A program made the position numbers and the translations under genes. Shown here piece by piece: positions 51,952 through 62,574 of a stretch of DNA of 64,000 nucleotides. Every line of letters begins with the position of its first letter. The stretch's first letter is position 1. The notes below the pieces were generated by a model. That model had not been told where the DNA came from. It made no database searches and was given only the letters and a program-made list of their open reading frames with translations. Origin of the DNA: Macrostomum lignano (lineage: Eukaryota); NCBI GenBank assembly GCA_002269645.1, contig NIVC01002822.1, forward strand, positions 1 to 64,000, given 5' to 3'.

Positions 51952-52683
51952 TCAATTACCAATTGAAAGATTAGCTTTCTTTGTCAGACTGAACTGTGTA
52001 GTATTAATAAAATTCTCTTGATTGGTAGGCCTATGAATCATAACATTCTTTGATAAAACATTTCTTTGAATCTTTGCAGATAATGCAAAAGTGCCTTGTT
52101 GCACATCAGTGTCTAAAACTGAAGAATATACACGACTAGGTGATGTAACTGACAATTGTGATTGTGACTCAGGGCTTCTTTGATCTTCAAAACCAGGCTT
52201 AATAAGCACATCTGAATCAGAGAACATAGAACTTCTTAAATATATTTTAGCCTCAGATATCCATTTCAATGCTATATCAAAAAATGCAACTGAGAGCTGC
52301 TCAACTTCTTCCAATGCAATAAAAACTCCATCCCATATTGAGGCAAACGCATGTTTAATCCGTTTTTGTGCATATCTTGCATATGATTGTCTTCTGAGAA
52401 TTCTTACATTAGAGTCGAAATCACAGTGTAATTCTCCTGCACTCGGGTGTCTTTGGCATGACTTATCATGAACCACTCTAGACTTTGCTTGAAGATTATC
52501 AGTTTCGGAAAATTCTGGGATGCTTGCTGCAGAGAGTGCATGAATTTGCTGGCTGTCAACACTAAATTGGTTAACACTTTTTAAGAGCTGTGGCTTAATA
52601 ACAAAGAAATATACATCCAAAAGAACTAAAAACAAAAGCGTATAAATAAAAGCGAATTTAATGAATCTTGTTGCGGAACTCAT
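51952..52683 (-). CDS. Type II membrane-anchored ORF, candidate FICD first exon (52683-51960)
   Basis: 243-codon ORF with N-terminal TM segment FIKFAFIYTLLFLVLLDVYFFVI. A phase-1 donor ATTG|gtaatt at 51960/51959 matches the phase-1 acceptor of FICD exon 41158 (G|AC). Confidence 0.6.
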   Translation of the reverse strand: MSSATRFIKFAFIYTLLFLVLLDVYFFVIKPQLLKSVNQFSVDSQQIHALSAASIPEFSETDNLQAKSRVVHDKSCQRHPSAGELHCDFDSNVRILRRQSYARYAQKRIKHAFASIWDGVFIALEEVEQLSVAFFDIALKWISEAKIYLRSSMFSDSDVLIKPGFEDQRSPESQSQLSVTSPSRVYSSVLDTDVQQGTFALSAKIQRNVLSKNVMIHRPTNQENFINTTQFSLTKKANLSIGN

Positions 52684-53039
52684 TCTCCGACTATTTTTCC
52701 TTTCTTCTGCCTCCGCAGCTTCTGGTTAAAGTATCCAGTTCAGTCAGTAGCTCAATTTTATTGTCGATTCATGGAAATGTCAACTTACATTATGTTTGAA
52801 AATCAATTATAAATTAATAGAAATATAAACAAATTTCTAGCAAATTAAAAGAAAAGCAGAAATAAATGAACAATGACAAAAATACATAAAAAACTAGTAT
52901 AAAACAGTTTAAAAAATGTTTTACGAAATCCTTCGTAATACGAAATCGTTTTACGAAGCACTTTCGATTCTTTATGATTATCGCAACGGCCTTGATGGCC
53001 ACCAGTGCCATAAAAGACTCTCATCCGATGCTGCTCGAT

Positions 53040-53900
53040 CCATCGTTTTGCAACCATCACTGGTGCATGTCTCTAGCTGAGACTCGCTGGAAGACGAGGA
53101 ACGGGCAGGCCAACCAACCAACCACTGCTACAACACTGGAGACAGTGGCCCGTGTGCGACAGCCAAAAGAAGAGTAACAGGGCGGATAAAGAGATTAAAG
53201 ACATAAGGCAAAACCTATCCATTCGCTGGCCATCAAAAACATTCAATCATGCACGATCACATTGGCCTGAGGAAGCTGACGCGTAGTTGGGTGCCCCGAC
53301 GACTGCTGCAGCCTGAGCAGAAATAGTCGATCGTGGGTGTGGACTGGTGCCGTCAGATCGATGCTGCAAAAGTGCAGCAACCGGGCGTCAAAGGCCAGTC
53401 GTTGCTATCGTGACGTGTGATGAGACTTAGATGCTGCTGCTATATAAGCCCGAGCGCAAGTGCCAGTCTCAGCTAGATTTGGATTTCTTTCGTCTCTTCG
53501 GTCACGCAACGACTATGCGGTTGCTAAAAACATCGTACAGTTGACTACACAGCGGTCAGTGTGGTACACAGCTAGCTGTTAAGCTGCGTCTGCTTGCCCA
53601 GGTTTTTCGAAGCTTGAGCAGGACAGCGTCCAAAGTCCGGTGTCTGAGGCCTGACACTGCACCAGGACAACGTGAGGCAACAAACGCAGTTCTTAGACTT
53701 GTAGGCGCAGGGAATGAAGTTGATCCATCATCCGTCTTAATCACCTGACCTGGAACAGTGTGGACTTTTCTCTTTTCGAAAGCGAAAGATCCACTACTCA
53801 GGCCAGCGATTTTCAACTGCATTTGATGAAGCGGTGGGGGGTTCCGCTTCTGAGTGGCACCACTGCTTTGACTCCTGGTTTAAAAGGATGAGACGCTGTG
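53040..53900 (+). mobile_element. Highly degenerate mariner transposase relic
   Basis: Fragments EDEERAGQP, RKLTRSWVPRRL, VDWCRQ, IVTCDET and SPDL..C match mariner WVPHEL, TGDETW and YSPDLAP motifs; many stops and frameshifts. Confidence 0.7.
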
Positions 53901-54428
53901 TGCGTGCTGAGGAAGGGTATTTTAAAAGTTGATTTTTTCAGCTTTACATCTTGAAAATATTCCTTATTGTACATGATGCGAGAAAATATAATAAAGGATT
54001 TCCATAAGGTAAATGATGCTTCAAGCTTCAAGCTTCATACAAGCGATATGGTCAATCCTTGGCTACAAAAATTCGAAGCACTCATTTTAAAGTTTTGCTA
54101 CTACAGGAGAAAATTACATGCCTGTCGGGAGGTAATGCTAGTAATATTTGAATCTATTAACCGACAGCAACTGAACGTGCGACAAATGCACCCAAAGCTT
54201 CTCTGAAAGAATTAATCAAATGAATTTACATGTTTGCATTGAATACTCTTCGTCGACGGACACATGAAACGTGTGACACGATAGCTGCAGCTTTCTGTTC
54301 CCGTCCTAAATTTCGCTTAGCATGAAAACTACCTTAACGCGTCAGAATAATCCAGACTAAAAAACTCTAAGGCTCTCTAAGAAAAATTCCATTTCAACTT
54401 TCGGTAGTTATTAGATTAGTTCAGTACT

Positions 54429-55360
54429 TCAAGGCGACCGCACCAGAACGAAGAAGCTGCTGATCTCAGCCTCCGTCATCGTGTCGTTTATGATGGCCAC
54501 CGCCTGCACTGTGCCGTTCAGCATTCGCGGGTCACCAGGTAGAAATCCAAAGCGGATGCAGCGGTATGACAACACGGTTGCGTTGCGCTCATCACCACGG
54601 TCCAAACTCGCCTGAAGCATGAATCCGGAGTTGGAGAAGAAGTCGCGGCTTGACGGAGACGCCGAAGTGACGCCGACCTCAACGAATCCATTCGGGTCAA
54701 ACGAGCTCGTGGCAGATGGTGTGATGTACTCAAAGTAATATGAAGCCACCCTGAAGAAGTACAGGCCCCATCTGCCAGTCCAGCCGTCCCAAAAAGCAGC
54801 GCCCGATCCCCCGTGGAGTCGCAGTTGTAAGATTCGAGCAGCGGTGCCTCCACTCGGACAGTCCGCTTGAGCCTGACCAGCCACGTGAGTCCCTGCTGCA
54901 CGCTCGCGAGCTCCACGTTCTCCAGCCACATCTTGGACGACACTCCGTCGAGCTTGGCTCCCTCGCTGCTCCACTCCACATTCTCCGACATCCACTGCTG
55001 TGTCTGGCCGCACACCAAGTTGCTCCTGCTGGAGTCCGCATCGTCGCTCATCACCCAGGCGGCCCTCAGCTTCGAGCCCACACCCAGCATGAGCTTCCTG
55101 CTCAAGGTGAGGAACTTGGCGGCTCTGGCATTGGCGAATGCGGCACAGCGGCGGGACTGCGAGCTCTCTGCAGCAGCGAGTCCATCGATGAGGTGGCACA
55201 CTGCGGTGTATTGGAAGAGCGAGCACTAGCGAATTTCCGAGTCGAACTGGGCCACCTGCAGGCCGGTCGAGGCGTCGTAGAACTGGACGAACTTGATGAT
55301 GCACTTGCTGATGCTGATCGGAGTCTTGATTGCCGTAGAGCAATAGCCAGCCCTCTCTAT
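54429..55360 (-). pseudogene. PAN-like + LamG-like copy 4, pseudogene
   Basis: TAG at 55228-55226 where other copies have CAG; 1-nt deletion near 54805; divergent 5' end with no clear start. Confidence 0.88.
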
Positions 55361-55429
55361 TATTATATGATGGCTCGTTTCTGCCTGTTTTAAAAACTGC
55401 CAGCCAAGAATGAAGGAAGCTTTACACTA

Positions 55430-56850
55430 AAACTTTTTTAGCATCTTTTCATTCCAAAGCTGGGCTTCTAAAAGCCAGCAGCCTCCAGACTGCTCCATAA
55501 TCGTATGCTGCTCCGTGAGTTTTCAGTAGTAACTCACACTTTGCTAGGCCACATTATGGAAGTATGATTTAAATTTGACTTTCTTTTTTCTCTTTTTGCT
55601 TTTAAAATCAGTCATCATTGACAAGTTTCATATTGTGATTGATGTTTGATGAGCACAACAGATTCGATGTACGAGCTTGCTGTCAAATGTAGAGCGATAT
55701 CTGTACGAGTGTAGTACATGTAGCTGCTAAAGAGCAGTGTCAGATAGCACACATGGTGGATACCTCCACGCGCAGACGGGCGTTGAGGGTGTCCGATCTC
55801 ACTCTACGCCTCATCTGACTCTCAACGTACTTTTACAGAATTCTATACCTTGCCTCAATAAAACACACTTCCTTCATGTGCAACTCCGAAGTGCAGAAGA
55901 TGGGACATTGGGAATGGCTCACCTTCTCCATGGCTTGTACTTACCTGGCACATGCATGCCAGTACATGTAACGCATATGCACCTGGCTGGAGTTTTTGGT
56001 ACTGCTTAACATCAAGGGCGACAGTAGACACGCATGCAGCGATACGCCAACCTCATGCGCGCTCACCGTACCCTCAGGGCTGCCCTAATGGGCTTAAGTT
56101 TCTGTACGCAGACCCCAGTTAATGTGGCTGCGTACGGACTCGAACCCAGGTGGTGCCTTGTAGAACTCGTTAGTTGATTGCATGGCTTATGTCGCAATGC
56201 TGTTTGGGTTTGTGAAAAGCTTCAAAACGAAACCTGCTGGCTGCGGCTTCTTAGCGATTTTTTCATGCTGAGGGCTGGCAGCTGCAGAGTGCGGAGGGGG
56301 AGCCGCTGCTTTCCCACCTCCCCATGCCAATGCGTGCCCCTCATGCCATTCTCAACTGTCCCTCAACTCAAACTGAAAGTTGCACGGCGGGATGCCAATT
56401 AGTCCATGAGAGCAGCTCCAACCTGCTGCAAAGCGGAACGCTTGAGCACTCTTCTCATGCGATTTTTAACTGGCAGTGTAAAAAAATCATGAATGCCTAT
56501 AAAAATAGCCAATATTTGGTCAGTTTAAGCCACTGCCAGCAACAAGGGACAAGCCCAGCTTCAGACTTGCTTCTTTCTGAAGCTCCCACGTTTATTTTAA
56601 TTCCATGTACTGCTCTCAATTCTCCTCCCCATGCTGCTACCTATGCTCCCTATACTGTTCTCTATGCTCCCCATACTGCTCCCTATACTGCTCCCTATAC
56701 TGCTCCCTATACTGCTCCCTATACTGCTCCCTACACTGCTCCCTATACTGCTCCCTATACATACCGCAGCCAATTTTGTGTACATCTTGGTTGCGAATAC
56801 ATATCAGGCCTCAAAATGACAGCGAGTTGCTTTGATTTGATTGAAGTTTA
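55430..56850. repeat. Segmental-duplication block upstream of copy 4, paralogous to ~59465-61975
   Basis: aaagctgggcttctaaaagcc...cctccagactgctcc at ~55457 and ~59485, with collinear similarity continuing to the tgctttgattt end. Confidence 0.85.
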
Positions 56851-57634
56851 ACAATATATACCTGTTCGGTGGGCTTTCAGTTATTAATCGGTGCTAAGAA
56901 TTCAGAATAGGAAACTGGAAAACAGTTAATTAGGAACTAAAATTAATGCTTGAAATTGGGTCACCAATTCTTCTCAGCTCAGCAAGATGAGGCGAGGCTG
57001 AACTGCCAGATTTTGAGGCTATATACAGGGATTGAAAAGTCTACATGTACTTTTCACAACGGCTGGTCACTACTACCTTATTACTTTTTATCGTAGTATT
57101 CATGGCTCTTACTGCGATACAGTATTCTGATTTATTGCCATCGCTTCATTTTTGTGATTCATTAAATTAGAAGATTGTTGCATGAAATCTAAAGCGGTGC
57201 AAATTGGTCATTTGCAAGTCCGATCGGAACCTCTTGTGATGCTTTATGGATGATCCCACTTAAGTACTCATGAATAGCAAGTTCCGATATTATATTTCTT
57301 GTTAGTAAACTTGGCTTGTACGTATTTATACCTCATGCTGGTATCTGTTACGAGCTACAAAAATGAAACAAACACCTTTGAACTGAGTTGCCAATTTGGC
57401 ACAGAGCGTTGCCAGGGCTGAAACTGCAAAACTGCCAAACCAGATGGTATCAAATATTTTGGAAAACAAAGGCTTTTTTGCCTGTAAGTCTTTCAAAGAT
57501 ACATGAATTATTAAAAGTATTCCGAAACGACACAAGCCACATAAATAGAAAATGTTTTAAAACACCAAACAAAACTCGGTGATTCAGCTATTTCCCACTC
57601 TAACAACTAAAAGTAATTCAATTAATTTAGTACT

Positions 57635-58669
57635 TCAGGGCAACCGCACCAAACCGAAGAAGCTGCTGATCTCAGCCTCCGTCATCGTGTCGTTCATTAC
57701 GGCCACCGCCTGCACCGTGCCGTTAAGCATTCGCGAGTCGGAATGTCGAAATCCCAAGCGGATGCAGCGACATGTTGGAATCTCAGTTTCATTATGGCTA
57801 CTGGTTAGAGTTACATTCGACTGCGGCACGAACCCGGAGTTGGAGAAGAAGTCGCGACTTGACGGAGATGCAGAAGTGATGCCGACCTCAACAAATTCAT
57901 CCGGGTTAAAGAAGTTTGTTGAAGCAGCTGTTATGAACACAGAATAGTTTGGAGCTTTCCTAAAGAAGTACAAACCCCGCGTATTAGGATATCCGTCCCA
58001 GAAGGCGGCCCCTATTAGACCTGAGACGCAGCTGTAACTCTCGAGCAGCGTTGCCTCTACTCGGACAGTCCGCTTGAGCCTGATCAGCCACGTGAGTCCC
58101 TGCTGCACGCTCGCGAACTCCACGTTCTCCAGCCACATCTTGGACGACACTCCGTCGAGCTTGGCTCCCTCGCTGCTCCACTCCACATTCTCCGACATCC
58201 ACTGCTGCGTCCGGCCGCACACCAAGTTGCTCCTGCTGGCGTCCGCATCGTCGCTCATCACCCAGGCGGCCCTCAGCTTCGAGCCCACACCCAGCATGAG
58301 CTTCCTGCTCAAGGTGAGGAACTTGGCGGCTCTGGCATTGGCGAATGCGGCACAGCGGCGGGACTGCGAGCTCTCTGCAGCAGCGAGTCCATCGATGAGG
58401 TGGCACACTGCGGTGTACTGGAAGAGCGAGCACTGGCGAGTGTCCGAGTCGAACTGGGCCACCAGCAGATTGCTCGTGGCGCCGTAGAACAGGGCGACCA
58501 GGATGAGGCACTCGCTGATTCCGGATGGAGTTTCGGCCACCTGCACCGCCTGGACCTCAGGTAAGCACTGCGGCAGTTCGAGTCTCTGCCACTGGCCAGA
58601 AGAGCTGTCGCAGGAGATCAACTGGACGCAGCAGAGCAGGATCAGAGCGCAGCCTGTAATTAGTTGCAA
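57635..58669 (-). CDS. PAN-like + LamG-like copy 5; intact frame, start codon absent at the homologous position
   Basis: Uninterrupted ORF. ATT ACA GGC (58660-58652) aligns to ATG GCA GGC of copy 6. Signal-like GCALILLCCVQLISC. Confidence 0.8.
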   Translation of the reverse strand: MQLITGCALILLCCVQLISCDSSSGQWQRLELPQCLPEVQAVQVAETPSGISECLILVALFYGATSNLLVAQFDSDTRQCSLFQYTAVCHLIDGLAAAESSQSRRCAAFANARAAKFLTLSRKLMLGVGSKLRAAWVMSDDADASRSNLVCGRTQQWMSENVEWSSEGAKLDGVSSKMWLENVEFASVQQGLTWLIRLKRTVRVEATLLESYSCVSGLIGAAFWDGYPNTRGLYFFRKAPNYSVFITAASTNFFNPDEFVEVGITSASPSSRDFFSNSGFVPQSNVTLTSSHNETEIPTCRCIRLGFRHSDSRMLNGTVQAVAVMNDTMTEAEISSFFGLVRLP

Positions 58670-58749
58670 GAAGTTTGTTGTTTAATTCCATGTCCGCTAA
58701 ATTAATTCAGTTTGATGGTTCACAGGGCTGCTTAAGGCACTGCCGTAAA

Positions 58750-58979
58750 TTAAGAGCGACAGACGACCTGAGACCAGCTACTCATAATCGGTTTTTCCTT
58801 ATTTCGGCGCGGCCACTTGCACTATACTTGCCCTGGAGACCAGCCTTCATGGGTGAATCGCACGATAAGCGATGTGCCGATTTCTGTGCACAGACCCCAA
58901 TCGTTGTGGCCGCGTACGGAATCGAACCCGGGCCAGGTACTTTATTTGTAAGACTCGTTACCGCTGAGCTAGCTTGCCC
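58750..58979 (-). mobile_element. tRNA-derived SINE-like element
   Basis: A box TAGCTCAGCGG (58971-58961) and B box GGTTCGATTCC (58928-58918) on -; no complete cloverleaf. Related heads at ~56120-56180, ~60240-60960 and 63900-63950. The 3' boundary is uncertain. Confidence 0.65.
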
Positions 58980-59704
58980 CTGCATGAGTGCTTACCTGAG
59001 CGCAGTTCATTGGTTGCTTGCATTGCTTCTGGTGCAATTGTGCCTGAGCGTAAAAAGCTTCAATAGCAGAAATACACTTGGCTGCAGCTTGCGGGCTCCT
59101 TGGCGCTTTTTTATGCTGAGGGCTGGGCTGGCAGCTGCAGAAGATTCTCAGATGAAGCAACAGGGAGGCCAAGCGCAGCCTTCCCGAACCCCCTCATGGC
59201 CGATGAGATGGGAGGTGGCCAATTGTGAGAAACTTTGTCTCCGTTTCCTCGGCAACCTACCGGGATGCAACGCTTGAGTAGTGCTTTGATTGCGACTTCC
59301 TATTTAATTAGCGAGTGAAAAATTCATGAATGCCATGGATTCGTGGATTCTGTAGAGCAATGTCTGTAGCCCTTACTATTATTTGAAGGCCCGTTTCCGT
59401 TTGTTTAGAAACTACCAGCCAAAGAGGCAAGCCTAGAATGAAGCAAGCTTCATTTATAAACTTTTTTTGCTTTTTTCATAACAAAGCTGGGCTTCTAAAA
59501 GCCAACAGCCTCCAGACTGCTCCATCATTGTATTCTGCTCCATAAGTTTTGCAAGTTGTGAAAAGTTAAGTAATTCACTATTTGTGAGGCCACAACACCA
59601 AAGTATAAATTCAATTTGACTTTCCACTGCTCTCTTTTTGTTTTCAAAATCTATCGTCATTAACAAGTTCCATATTGTGATTGATGTTTGATGAGCACCA
59701 CAGA

Positions 59705-59820
59705 TTCGGTGTACGAGCGTGCTGTCTAATGTTGAGCGATAGTTGTACGAGCGTGCTGTCTGATGTAGAGCGATAGCTGTACGAGCGTGCTGTCTGATGT
59801 AGAGCGATAGCTGTACGAGC
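59705..59820. repeat. 34-bp tandem repeat (~3 units)
   Basis: (gtacgagcgtgctgtctgatgtagagcgatagct)n. Confidence 0.85.
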
Positions 59821-60261
59821 TTAGTAGATACTAAAGAGCACTAAATAGCACTGTGCCAGATAGCACACTTGGTTGGTGCCTCCACGCGCTGGTTGGCTGG
59901 CGAGGGTATTCGATCTCATTCTACTCTCACTCTACGCCTCATCCAACTCTAAATGCACTTTTATAGAATCCTGTAATACCTCGCCTCAAAAAAGCACACT
60001 TGCTTTATTTGCAACTAGGAAGTGCAGAATGTGATAATACATAGTGAATGAGTTTACCTCACCTCCATGGCTCAAGTACTTATCTGGCACATGCATGCCA
60101 ATACATGTAGCGCACATGCACCTGGCTAGAGTTTTTCGTACTGCTTAACATCAAGAGCGACAGTTGACACGCACGAAGAGAAACGCCAAGCTTATGCGCG
60201 TGCACCGTACCCTCAGGGCTGCCCCTAGTGGGCTGGAATTTCTGTGCACAGACCCCAATTA

Positions 60262-60932
60262 ATGTGACCATGTACAGAATCGAAGATGTGACCATGTACA
60301 GAATCGAAGATGTGATCATGTACAGAATCGAAGATGTGACCATGTACAGAATCAAAGATGTGATCATGTACAGAATCGAAGATGTGACCATGTACAGAAT
60401 CGAAGATGTGATCATGTACAGAATCAAAGATGTGATCATGTACAGAATCGAAGATGTGATCATGTACAGAATCGAAGATGTGACCATGTACAGAATCGAA
60501 GATGTGACCATGTACAGAATCGAAGATGTGACCATGTACAGAATCGAAGATGTGACCATGTACAGAATCGAAGATGGGACCATGTACAGAATCGAAGATG
60601 TGACCATGTACAGAATCGAAGATGTGACCATGTACAGAATCGAAGATGTGACCATGTACAGAATCGAAGATGTGACCATGTACAGAATCGAAGATGTGAC
60701 CATGTACAGAATCGAAGATGTGACCATGTACAGAATCGAAGATGTGACCATGTACAGAATCGAAGATGTGACCATGTACAGAATCGAAGATGTGACCATG
60801 TACAGAATCGAAGATGTGACCATGTACAGAATCGAAGATGTGACCATGTACAGAATCGAAGATGTGACCATGTACAGAATCGAAGATGTGACCATGTACA
60901 GAATCGAAGATGGGACCATGTACAGAATCGAA
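60262..60932. repeat. 24-bp tandem array (~28 units)
   Basis: (atgtgaccatgtacagaatcgaag)n. Confidence 0.98.
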
Positions 60933-61414
60933 CCCAGGTGCCTTGTAGTACTCGTTAGTTTTAGTTACTTGAATTGCGTTTGTCGCAAATGAGTTCAAGT
61001 TTTTGAAAAGCTTCAAAACACACCCGCTTGCGGCTTCTTAGCGACTGGCAGCTGCAGACTGGGGGAGACGGCTGCTTTCTCACACTTCTTATGCCACCGA
61101 TGTCAGTGGAAAAAACCTCCAGTTATCTCGGCATCTTCTTACTTGTTAATACACTTTTCAGAACTAAACTCAAATTGTAAGTTTCAATCAGTCCATTGGG
61201 AAGCCAGTCAGTCCATGGGAGCAGCTCCAAACTGCTGCAGTGCGCAACGCTTGAGAAATCTTCTCATTCGATTTCTAACTGGCAGTGTAAAAAATTTATG
61301 AATGCTGATAACAATAGCCAATTCTGTCAGTTCAAGGCACCGCCAGCAGCAGAGGCAAGCCCGGCTGGAAACGAATGTGTTTCTGAAACTCTCTAATTTC
61401 TTGTATTTAAATGC

Positions 61415-61885
61415 ACTGCTCTCTATGCTTTCTATCCTGCTCCCTATGCTCTCTATCCTGCTCCCTATGCTCTCTATCCTGCTCCCTATGCTCTCTATCC
61501 TGCTCCCTATGCTCTCTATCCTGCTCCCTATGCTCTCTATCCTGCTCCCTATGCTCTCTATCCTGCTCCCTATGCTCTCTATCCTGCTCCCTATGCTCTC
61601 TATCCTGCTCCCTATGCTCTCTATCCTGCTCCCTATGCTCTCTATCCTGCTCCCTATGCTCTCTATCCTGCTCCCTATGCTCTCTATCCTGCTCCCTATG
61701 CTGCTCCTTATGCTCCCTATGCTGTTCCCTATACCCTCTATACTGCTCCCTGTGCTGCTTCTTATGTTCCCTTTACTGCTCCTTATGCTCCCTATACTGC
61801 TCCCTATACTGCTCACAATGCTGCTCCCTACACTGCTCCCTACACTGCTCCCTACACTGCTCCCTGTACTGCTCCCTATGCTGCC
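61415..61885. repeat. 21-bp array grading into 12-bp units
   Basis: (tgctccctatgctctctatcc)n then (tgctccctacac)n; the paralogous shorter 12-mer run is at 56620-56765. Confidence 0.95.
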
Positions 61886-62574
61886 CCCTGAGCTGTTGAG
61901 TACGTCTGAGTTGCAAATGCACATTGTTGGTCTCAAAAAACAGCAAGGTGCTTTGATTTTATCGATGTTTTAAAACGTACCGATTCAGTAGGTATTAAAC
62001 TTTTAATGCAAAAGTGAAACAGGAATATTATGAATAGAAGCAGTGCTGCTTATTTAAAATTAGAGTCACTAATCCTCAGATCAGCTCTGAAAGATGAAGC
62101 GAGGCTCAACTTCCAGGTCATTTAAGAAGATGTTGAAAAGTCTACTTTTTATAGTAGTAGTTAGGACTTTTGCTACAATATTGCGATCCGCTTGATTTCC
62201 ATCCTTTAATTCTATTACAGAAAAGTCGTGCTTTACGCATGACACCTTGGCGTCTCTCCCTGACCTCACGGCCTCATCTGATGGCAGGATGAAATCGAGC
62301 CTTCGTCCATCATTACGCTCCTAAATCCTACCCCTTACCCTCCCAGAAAGGATAACCTACTCGTAGTTTGAAGGGGGTGAGGTTCACAACACCCAAATCT
62401 TTATCCATGATGCCACACAAGTGCGTACTCGCACACTGCATGCCATTTCGATATATTGTTCGCTCGTATTTGTACGGAAGTCTACAGTTTGTAGACTTGG
62501 CTTGTCTTCGGCTCACATAAGTTTCAGGTAACTCCCACTCCAACAATTAAAAGTAACTCAATCAGTTCAGTACT

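Noticed and set aside
58905-58979. Functional tRNA gene
   Set aside because: A and B boxes are present but there is no pairing acceptor or anticodon stem; treated as a SINE head.
60080-61973. Repetitive ORFs (TMYRIEDV)n and (SILLPML)n
   Set aside because: 24-bp and 21-bp arrays expanded from non-coding monomers seen in the paralogous unit.
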